Shown: one piece after another, positions 13,654 to 25,680 of the stretch
How positions within the stretch are numbered: the stretch's first letter is position 1
Layout: each line of letters opens with the position of its first letter
DNA from: Octopus sinensis
Lineage: Eukaryota
DNA length: 64,000 nucleotides
Assembly: GCF_006345805.1 (NCBI RefSeq)
Contig: NC_043014.1
Coordinates: 9,486,001 to 9,550,000, forward strand
Direction: 5' to 3'
Notes under the pieces: model-generated
What the model was told of the DNA's origin: nothing
Seen by the model: the letters and a program-made list of their open reading frames with translations, nothing else
The model's database searches: none
Program-made: the position numbers and the translations under genes

Positions 13654-13655
13654 TG

Positions 13656-13691
<36 letters not shown>

Positions 13692-13692
13692 T

Positions 13693-13777
<85 letters not shown>

Positions 13778-13860
13778 TATATGTATATATATATATATAT
13801 ATATTATATATAGTATATATATATGTATATATATATATAATGTATATATATATATATATG

Positions 13861-13916
<56 letters not shown>

Positions 13917-13920
13917 TATA

Positions 13921-13984
<64 letters not shown>

Positions 13985-13995
13985 GTATATATATA
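13441..13995. repeat. Long interrupted (TA)n microsatellite
   Basis: Direct reading. Confidence 0.97.
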
Positions 13996-14205
13996 ACTAA
14001 TGTAGGATAAAATTTTTTTCGGGAAAAAAATTTTATCAATGGCCAGCATATCAAAAAATACCTTTAAAGGTTAAATTTATAAATAATTTACAGTATTCTA
14101 GAAAAAGATTCTAAGGCCAAATATGCCGAAACAAAAAAATGTCGGTTACCATTATAATTTATGCGTCTCGAAACAAACCGATAGTAATCTCTAAAAAATT
14201 CGTTA

Positions 14206-14267
14206 TTACCGTATTGGTCCAATTTCGGGGTTAATTCATAAGAAAATTTTCACCTCTTCAGCGGCAA
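14206..14267 (-). ncRNA. Type-I hammerhead ribozyme, left arm
   Basis: TTGCCG-CTGAAGA-GGTG..20 nt..CCCC-GAAA-TTGG-A-CCAA-TA^CGGTAA; 6-bp helix I. Confidence 0.72.
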
Positions 14268-14318
14268 ACACGCGAGATATAAGTGGGGTATGAGTAAGTA
14301 TTTCACTTATATCTCGCA

Positions 14319-14385
14319 TATTTGCCGCTGAAGAGGGGACAATTTTCTTATGAATTAACCCCGAAATTGGACCAATATGGAAATA
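14319..14385 (+). ncRNA. Type-I hammerhead ribozyme, right arm
   Basis: TATTTGCCG-CTGAAGA(14328-34)-GGGG..20 nt..CCCC-GAAA(14363-66)-TTGG-A-CCAA-TA^TGGAAATA; predicted cut after 14377. Confidence 0.75.
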
Positions 14386-15298
14386 ACGAATTTTTTAGAG
14401 ATTTCTATCGGTTTGTTTCGAGACGCATAAATTATAATGGTTATTGACAATTTTTTGTTTCGGCATATTTGGCAATAGAATTTTTCTTCTGCCCTTATAT
14501 TGTAAATTAAATATATATACATAAATTATTATATTTGTTCATCGAATCGAATATTATACATTGATTTGAATATTTAGATTCATCTTTTTTATGAATATTC
14601 AGATTTACATACAATTCCTCAGTTTTTAAAACGTTTAGTCCCCTGAGATATTCCCCATTATGAATAATATTATTTTTACAAATATTTCGTTATGTTCATT
14701 GAAATTATTATATGACACGAAGTAGGTACTTATGAAATATTTTCAGCCCCTTACATTGTGTGACATTCCCAGATGACGAGGCTTATTTTCCACAAATTAT
14801 TCTATTTCATTATTGTTCTTGACAATATAACGCAATTCTAACCCAAAAAATCCTTGTTTTCTATTATCTTGTTTTATATTCATAAACGCTGCATTTCCCA
14901 GAGGTGAAAAAAAAAACTAAATGAGTTCCGCAGAGTGTTATTCAAATAGTTAATTGAATAAATGCCTTTGGTGTGTACCTTATAAATGGCATATGTGAAA
15001 AATACAAGAAACAATCGACTTATTAAGAAAAAGCCGGACGACAATGGAATACAAAACCATTGTGGAAACGTTTCGTTAAGACGTTATAGGCACAATAGAA
15101 ACAAACTATAAATAGTCATTTGTGAAATTGTAATTTGCACAAAAGGAGAACGATGTCTAAATTCAGTGTACCAATTATAACGTGCCAAAACTTTTTAAGT
15201 ATTAATGTGATTGCACACGGGGAGATTTTGTTTTCTGCACAGATGTCAGTTTAATGAGCATAGCTTTTCGTGGGCAGAAGGTATTGGAGATCAAATTT

Positions 15299-15954
15299 GA
15301 GGATCTTTACCTTTTGACCTACAGATTTAAAAAATAATGTTTTGTAACTAAACCCTTTCAAACTTCGGACACTGGTAGAATGTGTCACATAAAACATCTT
15401 CTACTCTTAGCATTTAAGAGAAAGACTTATATTTACGAAGTTATTTCATGTTAAAGTTCTCGTATTGTGGTATTTTCAAGCAATCAATGACGTGCATTCA
15501 GCTGAATAAAATTACTGCTGTTGTCCGTCAACAAGAAGTTCCGGCGGTGTATATTTCGTTTGTCACTGTTATTTAAGACAACGCTAACCCTAAAACGCTA
15601 ACCTTAAAACCCTAACCCTAAATCCCTAACCTTAACCCTAAAACCTTAAAACCAGTACAAACTCACGAACGATGTCATAAATAACAGTGACAAACGAAAA
15701 ATACACCATCGATAGTTGTCGTTGACAAACAACGGCAGTAATTTTATTCAGCTGAATACATGGCATTGATTGGTTGAAATTACCGAAATACGAGAACTTT
15801 AACGTTAAATACGTTCGAAAATATAAGTTTTTCTCAAAAACGCTGAGAGTAAAAGATATTTTACATGACACATTCTACCAAAGTCCGAAGTTTGAAAGTG
15901 TTTAGTTACAAAATATTATTTTTTTAAAATCTGTCGGTCAAAAGGTAAAGATCC
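15299..15954. mobile_element. MITE with ~280-bp TIRs and central CCCTAA-like repeats (Merlin-like)
   Basis: GGATCTTTACCTTTTGACC...GGTCAAAAGGTAAAGATCC; degenerate (CCCTAA)n at 15584-15653; TCAAATTT at 15291 and 15955. Confidence 0.8.
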
Positions 15955-16585
15955 TCAAATTTTACTGCTAGCTGCCATGTTTCAAATAATGACTATCTGT
16001 CTTTAAGTTTCATTTGTATCATACAGCATATTAGCTGAACAAGAAACACGGCGCTCGAGAGTGAATGTAATTCGCTTATGTAGAAGTGTTGCTGTGTGTA
16101 ACGCCATATAACCATGCATTGCGAAATATGACGGGGAATATAACCGGATTTATATTCTACGTTTTTCATCGGTGTATTCATGAAAGTTACGTGGACATTA
16201 TGAAATACATGTGTATCTGCTACATTTGAACGCTAAAATTATGTACACAAATGCGATTTGCGATTATAATAAAGCAGCTTAATGCTTGTTCTTTATGGAT
16301 TTATCGAAACAGTTCTCGAAATTTTATAAAAGGGGAGTTATTATTCATGCTGAAGTGTGTTGCGAAACGTAAAGTAATTAAATTATACTCGCAAATTTAC
16401 AAAACCTGTTATAATTTACATGATTAATTATGACCAAGAATTGCAAAAGAGACAATCCCAGAATGAAAATGAAAATGAATTTGAATTAACTTAATTATAG
16501 AAAGCGAGTAGATTGTGAATCTGGTCTTCATCACTAATTCCGAATAGATTTTCGCATAATTATTTTACATCAGATGCTGAGACAA

Positions 16586-16735
16586 GTTGGCGGAGTCGTT
16601 AGCGCATCGTTGGTGTACAAATAGGTGTTTTTTCCCGTCCTATACGTCCTAAATTCAAATTCTGTTGACGTCGACTTTACATTTCAGCCTTTATTCTGTT
16701 GACAGAATAAATAACAGATCACTCGAGGTCAATGT
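16586..16735 (+). mobile_element. Old SINE family C
   Basis: TTGGCGGAGTCGTTAGCGC...AAATTCAAATTCTG...GTCGACTTTAC. Confidence 0.55.
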
Positions 16736-16810
16736 AACAAAACTAACACTCGCATCCAAATATTGCATGTCCTGTGCCAAATTTTTGAGACCATTATGTT
16801 TTATATACAG

Positions 16811-17204
16811 CTAGCAGTATCGCCCGGCGTTGCTCGGGTTTGTAAGGGAAATAACTATATAAACAATTTTAGAGAGTTATAGCAAAGAAATAGCAACAAA
16901 ATGCATTAAAAATGGAATAAAAAATGATGGTAATTTTTTTTTAAATCGTTGACTCATTGTAGACATTTTTAGAGAGTTACTTCCCTTATATAATAGCGAA
17001 AAATGTATTAAAATGGAAAAAATGATGGTAATTTTTTTAAAATCGTAGACTCATCGTAGACGCGCGCTAATACCCAGAAGGGCTCGATATGAATCACGAC
17101 TATAAGATACCCGGTTTTGGTTAAACTGCACCGCAAAATGTGGGAGTAGTTAGGAATCTAAATCGTAGGAGACAGACACACAACTTCACTTTTATATATA
17201 AAGA
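16811..17204 (-). mobile_element. Non-autonomous Helitron, unit 1 of tandem dimer
   Basis: Minus strand 5'-TCTTTATATATAAAAG...CCCGAGCAACGCCGGG hairpin...CTAG-3'. Confidence 0.85.
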
Positions 17205-17713
17205 CTAGCAGTATCGCCCGGCGTTGCTCGGGTTTGTAAGGGAAATAACTATATAAGCATTTTTAGAGAGTTACTTCCCTTATAGATGCCAATTCGGGCT
17301 TTCTTAGCCATTTCTGTTTTGGTGTCTTCAAGCCATGAAGTCGTTGTTCTAAAAGAACGCTGGTCTCCTTGACAACGCTTTACGACGTTGATTTCCTTAT
17401 ACTCCCTTCCCCACAGCTTCACGAGGGGTGGAAGAAGGGGGAGAAGCAAACAGGTGCAGGTGTGAGCATGGACGCCAACTCCGCCGCCATCGACACACGA
17501 AAAATTATGCATTAAAATGGAATAAAAAATGATGTTAAATTATTTTAAAAATCGTAGACTCATAGTAGACGCGCGCTAATAGCCAAACGGGCTCGATATG
17601 AATCACGACTATAAGATACCCGAATTTGGTTAAACTGCACCGCAAAATGTGGAAGTAGTTAGGAATCTAAATCGGAAGAGACAGACACACAACTTCACTT
17701 TTATATATAAAGA
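17205..17713 (-). mobile_element. Non-autonomous Helitron, unit 2, with extra ~210-bp internal segment
   Basis: Same termini; A|TC at 17714/17713; CTAG abuts the TC of unit 1; extra segment ~17285-17497. Confidence 0.85.
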
Positions 17714-17987
17714 TATCTTAGAATAACTGCAGAGGATACACAATCCTTTCATTAATGAAATCTGTGTAGTATGGTAAACCATAAGAACAATGCAGGTTCT
17801 ATTCTTCATCATTGTGCTCTAAGTTCTTTATAACTTTTCGTAACTTCTCTCCCCCAAACATATTTTCTCAACATTATTTATTCATTCATCGTATAAACCT
17901 GATACAAGAGAAGCCATTCCCGTCATTCCGAACGGGTTTATATTTTATATTGCATTTTAGAAATATTATAGATATAATCATTGGTTA

Positions 17988-18375
17988 TTACACGAGGTTC
18001 ATTGCAGAAATTTTGAGATTTTTTCAGGAGAGACATTTATTTATTTCGCAGAAATACAAAACTCTAATCATCTTTTAAATAGGATCTTCTCACCTTAATT
18101 CAGTTACTGTCGCGCTTCAATCACATCGAGAAGGCTCTATCGAAGTCCTCCAATTTGAAGGTCTTCCGTGGCCTCGGCGCTACTTCCTTCATCTTCTGAA
18201 TGTGTTCCAAATAACTGCACCTAAGGATCTCCTTCAGCTTTGGGTATAACCAAACGTCACAGAGACAAAAGTCTGGACTTTGGGGAAGGTGAAGCTACAG
18301 CTTTGATGCCCACCTCGGTGAAGTAATTATTTACCGGTTCTTGGTCTGGTACATTATCCTGATACATGTACCACC
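17988..18375 (-). mobile_element. Degenerate mariner transposase C-terminus, second family, plus probable TIR
   Basis: QDNVP..PVNNYFTEVGIKAV, then shifted PQSPDFCLCDVWLYPKLKEILR...TFKLEDFDRAFSM*; ACACGAGG terminus-like motif near 17986. Confidence 0.7.
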
Positions 18376-18771
18376 AATCCAAGTGCAAGAGATTAAGACA
18401 CATCTGCCGGCTAGGAATAACGAAGTCGAGCACACATACACAAGACATATGTGTGTTGTTAGCACGTCAGGAGGCTGCGGTTTTTTTGAGACGTATAAGA
18501 ATCCTTATCTTTTTCAGTTTCCATTTGCCAAATCCGTTCACAAGCCTATGGCCGGCCCGTGGCTATAGTTGAAAACACTCGCCCACGGTGACAGTCAATG
18601 GGATTAAACGTAAATACCATTTAAAAATGGTTGTAAAATCGAAGATTACTGAAAACATTTGAACGTTGCAGCTGATTATTTCACGAAAATAACACGTTAT
18701 CTTCATTAGACATTACACAAACACTATTTATAAAACCTATGATGTTTTCTGGGAATATTACTAACTAATAT

Positions 18772-19160
18772 GGAGGCGCAATGGCCCAGTGGTTAGGGCA
18801 GCGGACTCGCGGTCATAGGATCGCGGTTTCGATTCCCAGACCGGGCGTTGTGAGTGTTTATTGACCGAAAACACTTAAAAAAGCTTCACGAGTATCCGGC
18901 AGGGGATGGTGGTGATCCCTGCTGTACTCTTTCACCACAACTTTCTCTCACTCTTACTTCCTGTTTCTGTTGTACCTGTATTTCAAGGGGCCGGCCTTGT
19001 CACTCTCTGTGTCACGCTGAATATCCCTGAGAACTACGTTAAGGGTGCACGTGTCCGTGGAGTGCTCAGCCACTTACACGTTAATTTCACGAGCAGGCTG
19101 TTCCGTTGATTCGGATCAACCGGAACCCTCATCGTCGTAACCGACGGAGTGCTTCCATCC
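18772..19160 (+). mobile_element. SINE family A, tail type 1, full length
   Basis: TSD ACTAACTAATA at 18760 and 19161. Confidence 0.93.
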
Positions 19161-19587
19161 ACTAACTAATAGAAAATGTTTAAAATGTCAGTTATATTAG
19201 AAGATCTGAAGAATTTAATCAACTTTGTCCCAAGCCTATTCATTAATATTCATTTACAACTCATTTTCCTAGTTATTCACGTTAGTTTAATTCCTAATTT
19301 CATTATATATCTTCTGTTTTATCCTTGAGGAGGAATGAGACCAAACAAATTACGTTTCTTCAGCTTGTCTTAAAAATCTTATACTTTAGTATTACATAAG
19401 AAGTTAATGATATTAAGATAGAATTCCTTTTTAAGCCAAACCTAAAAGGATTAACGATGCTTCAGAAATTACTAGAAAACAAATCAGGTGTAATGCTGCA
19501 TCAATAGATGGTTTAATCTCCCACGAACACTCAAGAAAATCTTCGTTAAGTATATATGTGTGTGTGTGTATGGGTGGGTGGGTGTGT

Positions 19588-19989
19588 GGAAGCGCAATGG
19601 CTCAGTGGTTAGGGCTGCGGACTCGCGGTCGTGGGATCGCGGTTTCGATTCCCAGACCGGGCGTTGAGCGAAAACTACTCACAAAGCTTTGGTCGGCCCG
19701 AAGCTATAGTAGAAGACACTTGCCCAAGGTGCCACACAGTGGGAATGATCCCGGAACCATGGAGTTCGTAAGCAAGCTACTTACCACATAGCCACTCCGG
19801 CAGTGGGGGGGGAGGGGCGATCCCTGCTGTACTCTTTCGCCACAACTTTCTCTCAGTCTTTCCTCCTGCGTTTTGCAGCTTTTCTGCGACGGACCGGCGT
19901 CCCGTGCAGGTGGGGAACCTATACGCCAAGGGAACCGGGAAACCGGCCTTAATGAGCCAGGTGTGGCTCGAAAAGGAACAAACAACAAC
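19588..19989 (+). mobile_element. SINE family A with tail type 2, interrupted by an inverted family B fragment (19676-19798)
   Basis: Family A head and CCCTGCTGTACTCTTT domain; tail GGTGGGGAACCTATACGCCAAGG...GAACAAACAACAAC. Confidence 0.85.
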
Positions 19990-20215
19990 GTATCATATTA
20001 ATCACATCATTATATCATTATTTGCCTGTTTAAACTATGGATTTGTGAGATTCAGTGCAGCCTCTTATATAGTTATATGGATATCGCACGTCTACACACG
20101 GCTATTTATATAATATATCGTGACAAAAAAAGGTATTCATGCAACATATGTTGATATAACGTAAAATCTGTTCGTCTGTTTTATTATTAAATGCCCTTAA
20201 AATTTAGTTCTTAGG

Positions 20216-20395
20216 CATAGGAGTGGCTGTGTGGTAAGTACCTTGCTTACCAACTCCATGGTTCCGGGATCATTCCCACTGTGTGGCACCTTGGGCAAGT
20301 GTCTTCTACTATAGCCTCGGACTGACCCAAGCTTTGTGAGTAGATTTGGTAGACGGAAAGTGAAAGAAGCCCGTCGTATATATGAATATATATAT
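20216..20395 (+). mobile_element. SINE family B, 5' half
   Basis: Head to AAGAAGCCCGTCGTATATA. Confidence 0.88.
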
Positions 20396-20575
20396 AACGT
20401 TAACACAACGATAACAGTGAAGAAGTTTCAATGAAAATAATAATGCAATGCGAAAGTATTGCTTTCCAGTAAAAGATAGCCCGTAAGGGTAAAATTATAC
20501 ATATAAAAGTAAATAAATGGTACAACGAGGCACCGATATTTAGTGGAAAATAGCAATCGTAATAAATACGACGCT

Positions 20576-20619
<44 letters not shown>

Positions 20620-20627
<8 letters not shown>

Positions 20628-20947
20628 TAAAACTGAGAATGTGTGTGTGTCTGTCTGTGTGCTTCCCTAAAACTTGAGAACTACACAACCAATTTCATTC
20701 AAATGTTACACATGCCTTACTTAAGGTCCGGGGAGTGTCATCGGCCAAAAACATCTTAACTTTTTCCCTAGGGTGACCCCACAGCAATACAATATCTTCT
20801 CCACTATTTCAGTATTACGTGTTAAAAGTGAAACAAAAACATCTCTCTATTTTAATGCAGACACTTTCATTTTAATACTGAAACTATTAAAATGAAAGTA
20901 TTATATACCAGGGATGAACCATTAATAGTGGTCATCCTTTTTGCTAG
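20620..20947 (+). mobile_element. Non-autonomous Helitron, second family
   Basis: ATAAAACTGAGAATGTGTG..TCTGTCTG start; 3' hairpin GGATGAACCA/TGGTCATCC (20912-20937) then CTAG (20944-47). Confidence 0.65.
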
Positions 20948-21032
20948 AAGAAGATCCGCTATGATCTTATATGCTACACCACTGGTTTTCAATTCATATT
21001 AATCAAATTAATATTTAATTTTTAACCCTTAT

Positions 21033-21099
<67 letters not shown>

Positions 21100-21180
21100 T
21101 AGCAATTCGTATAAAATTGCATCAATGACTTGAACTTGAATAAGTGGTTTCACATAAATGGGGATACATTAAAAAGGTTT

Positions 21181-21241
21181 ACTCTTTTACTCTTTTACTT
21201 GTTTCAGCCATTTGACTGCGGCCATGCTGGAGCACCGCCTT
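21181..21241 (-). mobile_element. Isolated SINE-B-type 3' tail
   Basis: Minus strand AAAGGCGGTGCTCCAGCATGGCCGCAGTCAAATGGCTGAAACAAGTAAAAGAGTAAAAGAGT. Confidence 0.85.
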
Positions 21242-21284
21242 TTGTTGATATTATTTTTACTGTTTGACTATTGTAATCACGTTT

Positions 21285-21625
21285 GGTGATGGTGGTGGTG
21301 GTGGTAGTGGTGGTGGTGGTCATGGTGGTAGTTGTGATGGCGGTGGTGGTGGTGGTCGTCGTCGTCGTCGTGGTGATGGTGGTGGTGTTTGTGGCAGAGT
21401 TGTCCTTTGACTGTGAAGCTGTCGTTTGGATTCTTCCAATTCTTTTGAAGACAATATTGTATGGCGATGGTACTTGTGAAATATGGTAATAGATTTAGTA
21501 GCCAAAAATGGGGGGGGGCAGAGGTATAGTATGGTGGTGGTGGTGGTGATGGTGGTGGTGGCGGCGGCGGTGGCGGTGGAAATAGCGACGGCGGAGGTGG
21601 TAGTGGCAGCGGCGGTGACGGTGGT
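21285..21625. repeat. (GGT)n/(GGC)n degenerate trinucleotide tracts
   Basis: Direct reading. Confidence 0.85.
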
Positions 21626-22230
21626 GTCGATGTTAGCCTCCATGCTTACTGCTGCACCTGTGTCGCTCCTCCCCTTCCTCCCTCCTTCATAAAGCTGCGG
21701 GGAAGGCAGGGTAGGGAAATCAACGTCGTAAGCGTTGTCAAGGAGACCAGCCTTCTTTTAGAACAACGACTTCATGGCTTTGAAGTGACCAAAATAAAAA
21801 ACGTTGAACACAATGAGAAACGAAAACATAAAAACAAAAACTTGGAAACGAACTTTTTTTTTCAAACGACGAGTACAAGACATACAACAGAAGGAATATT
21901 ACCCTTCTTCAGTTGTCCCTGTTTCGTCTACTCCGCGTACATTTATATGTGCGTGTATTCCTGTATGTGTATGTGTGTCTCTGTGCGTGCTTGTGTATTA
22001 TAAGAGGAATGCATATGTGTATCTATACGCACAACGTGCATGTGAATGTGTGTTTTAGGGATAGTGTTGTGAAAGGTGTCAGCTTTCTTTTCGCAAGTCG
22101 TAACGAAGTCGAGAAAATGCGTATAACTCAGAGAGAATATTAGATAATTTAGCTTAGTAAGCATATACCATTCAGTCAAATTTCTAAATTACATGTAGGC
22201 AATCTTGAATTTTGAACTCCTATCAATATA

Positions 22231-22624
22231 GTAGCAGTATCGACCGGCGTTGCTCGGGTTTGTTTCGACTCTTTAGAATGGGAATTTTTGAAAAGTAAAA
22301 AGTTTGCATTATGTAGCTTGTTATTCTCTTTAAGTGAACATTTTTCTGGTTGAAATACACCGCAAAATGGCGACAACAGCAGTTAAAAAATCGTAAAAAA
22401 AATAGGGATTTTTATAGAAAATAAAGCACCTTTTTGATGTAAATAATGTTTGGTCTTAACATGGTCCGATTTGAATTTTTTCTTCTACGAAATGAAGAGC
22501 AAGCCTTCTTTTATCATACTCTCAATTTCGGTCAACTTGCGCTGCAGGGTCTCGGAGAAGATAGTGTTAGTTGAAGGCTACCAAACCTGCAACACACAGA
22601 CAACCTCAGCTTTATATATAGAGA
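22231..22624 (-). mobile_element. Non-autonomous Helitron, same termini as the 16.8-kb dimer, different interior
   Basis: A|TCTCTATATATAAAG at right end; CCCGAGCAACGCCGGTCGATACTGCTAC|T at left end. Confidence 0.8.
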
Positions 22625-22856
22625 TTTATGTGTGTGACTGTATATGTATATGTATATTTTGGCGCGCGTGTGTCTTTGTGTATGTGCGTACGTTGTCAAC
22701 GCATAAGTAGCGAATTATTACTTGGTTTCTAGAGTAGGCTTCAAAGTAAATATCAGGAGGGAAAATGAAGATAATTACTTATTGGTTGTTATTAAAATTC
22801 CCTGCATCTCACCGACTACAACTACAAGTAAATATTTTATAGGACACAGCCGATGT

Positions 22857-23092
22857 ACTCTTTTCGTACTCTTTTACTCTTTTACTTGTTTCAGTCATTT
22901 GACTGCGGCCATGCTGGAGCACTGCCTTTAGTCGAGCAAATCGACCCCGGGACTTATTCTTTCTAAGCCCAGTACTTATTCTATCGGTCTCTTTTGCCGA
23001 ACCGCTAAGTGACGGGGACGTAAACACACCAGCATCGGTTGTCAAGCAATGCTAGGGGGACAAACACAGACACACAAACATATACACACACA

Positions 23093-23153
<61 letters not shown>

Positions 23154-23317
23154 GACAGGCTTCTTTCAGTTTCCGTCTACCAAATCCACTCACAAGGCAT
23201 TGGTCGGTCCGAGGCTATAGCAGAAGACACTTGCCCAAGATGCCATGCTGTGGGACTGAACCCGGAACCCTGTGGCTGGTAAACAAGCTACTTACCACAC
23301 AGCCACTCCTGCACCTA
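22857..23317 (-). mobile_element. SINE family B, full length, flanked by a 77-bp direct duplication
   Basis: 22780-22856 equals 23318-23394 with one mismatch. Confidence 0.92.
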
Positions 23318-24387
23318 TATTGGTTATTATTAAAATTCCCTGCATCTCACCGACTACAACTACAAGTAAATATTTTATAGGACACAGCCGATGTGTATAG
23401 AAGGAATACAAGATTTGAAATCGATATTTGCCTCTCTTGGTATAATACGGTTTATAGGCTTATAATATAATACTTAGCATTTCAGATATTTAACGTTTGA
23501 TAAATTATATAAATATAAGCCTGGAGCAAATGTGATAGAATATGAACTTTGTTAGACAATTGGACATATAAAGAGACATAAGGGAAATTGGAAGGGAAGC
23601 ACGTTAATTACAAGCAAATGACTTGCACAGATATATGAGAAAATATAATACCAGAGAAACGAAATTGTGTCTGAGAGAAAAGAATCGACAGAAATAAGAC
23701 AAAAGGAGATGGAGAACGTTAAAATGAAGAAGTAAGAAATTGTCTTTTGGTAGAATACGATAAGAAATTATTTAATTAGTTTGCTTTATAGATAAAAGGT
23801 ACGTTCATGAATAACGATTGCATTAATAAGAATTTGAATGCTGGTAACACGTAGCAAAGTCACAGAGCGAAAACAAAGATTTAAAGGTTGGAAATGAAGG
23901 AAAGTTAGAGGTGAAAGTATTTGAAGCGTTAAGGAATGGAACCGGGAATGAAAGAATGTCGTGCACAGAATTGGAAGAATGTATAGAGAAAGTTAGAGAA
24001 GAAAATACACATTCCATGAATGTCTTCCAAACAATAATTGTTTTTCATCTGTAAGAAATGTCTTGCTTCATAAAATGTTTAATTGTGTTTGTTTACTTGC
24101 TTCGAGTTGTGTCACGCTTTATAATTGTAAAAAGAATATAATGGTATTATACATGATTAACTATGACTAGAAATTATACATTATTTTCAGAGATGAGCGA
24201 CAAATAACTATATAAATATTCTATGTGGCGCCTTCCTTGTTCTTCAAACCAAAATTCAAACTTCTAATCGCGCCAAGATTCATCTAGAAATGACTGTCTC
24301 CCTTAGAGTATCCAACAGATTTTAACAAATATAAGGATATATGATTCCATGGACATATATTCATGTGTGTGTGTATGCATGTGATGG

Positions 24388-24722
24388 TGACCCCCTTCGG
24401 TCAGACACTGACCATGGGTTTGCACCTAGAGAGTTACTCTCTGAGGCACAAGTCTGGGCAAGGTTGTTTTATGGAAGACCAGCAGTCGCCCATGCATACC
24501 GGCCTCCCCTCTCCACGTCACCGATGTTGTCCAAGGGAAAGGCAAAGGGGCCGATACAGCTTGGCACCTGTGACGTTGCAACTCATTTCTACAGCTGAGT
24601 GAACTGGAGCAACGTGAAATAAAGTGTGTTGCTCAAGAACACCACACGCAGCCCGGTCCGGGATTCGAGCTCACAACCTCACGATCGTAAGCTCGACGCT
24701 CTAACCACTGAGCCACGCGCCT
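24388..24722 (-). mobile_element. SINE family D, full length
   Basis: Head GGCGCGTGGCTCAGTGGTTAGAGCG, TTCTTGAGCAACACACTTT motif, tail hairpin GGTCAG-TGT-CTGACC. Confidence 0.9.
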
Positions 24723-24735
24723 TCATATATGCATG

Positions 24736-24768
<33 letters not shown>

Positions 24769-24784
24769 TATAAGTATATATAAT

Positions 24785-24839
<55 letters not shown>

Positions 24840-25680
24840 TATATATATATACATACATACATACTTACATACATATATAGTGATGTTCCTATATGCATTT
24901 ACAAACATATACACTTGCTGTGTCAGTATTGTTCGTTACAAAATTTGGGTAGAATTAGCTGCAGTGATGCAGTGATTGTACGGTATACTTCGTAGGAACG
25001 ACACACTCTTGTTTCGTCCATATACAGTTCTCATTGTGTCGCGACATAGATATTTGTAGATATATCGCAGTCAATGCATTGGTTTTTTTTAACGAAGGTT
25101 TCGATGATTTTAAGAATACAGTAGAAGCTTTATGACAAGAAATGCTCTGGACATTATCTCTTTATTGCTTTAACTGCTACCAGGAAACATGAAAACTTGG
25201 AGCTGTCCATCAACTTGAAGTATCATGTTAGTATAATAATTGAAAGGTATATAAGAACGATATTTTACACTGGAACATGAAATGATGCCAGTAAATAGCT
25301 TTATACATTCATTTTGGGTGGTGAACAAGTTTTCAGAAATGTAATCATTTCTATTTTGATGCCATAACAATTATCATTTCCTGTAACGTGCAACGTGATT
25401 TTAAAACTGCAAAATCTACAAAAATTTTAAAGTTTTACACTCGAAATAGTTTTAAGAGAATTGATGATGTTGCCGATTCATGTGAAGGAAAATATTGAAA
25501 GAAAAAATCGAAAATATATGCTTAAATATATCAGATAATGTTAGTTACATAGCTATCATACACATCAAAGTAGAAACATATATGAGTTATATGATACAAT
25601 TACATAGTGCATAGGAACGGCTTCAATACTATCTACGGATCATAATATTACATTTTAACCAATAAAATATTAATACATAT

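Larger units (their letters stand above)
14080..14515. mobile_element. ~430-bp palindrome (~205-bp arms, 18-nt loop 14286-14303); inverted pair of Penelope-like pseudo-LTR segments
   Basis: 14100-14285 is a close reverse complement of 14304-14490; each arm carries an HHR core. Confidence 0.8.

Noticed and set aside
14080-14515. First reading as a foldback MITE
   Set aside because: No DNA-transposon termini or TSD seen; both arms carry HHR cores and the left side runs toward (TA)n.
15050-15185. Cys-spaced peptide resembling a piggyBac C-terminal domain
   Set aside because: Needs several frameshifts; no TIR or TTAA support.
21880-21945. GAAAC followed by CTGAAGA on the minus strand (possible type-II hammerhead)
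   Set aside because: Only 8 nt between them and no helix II partner.
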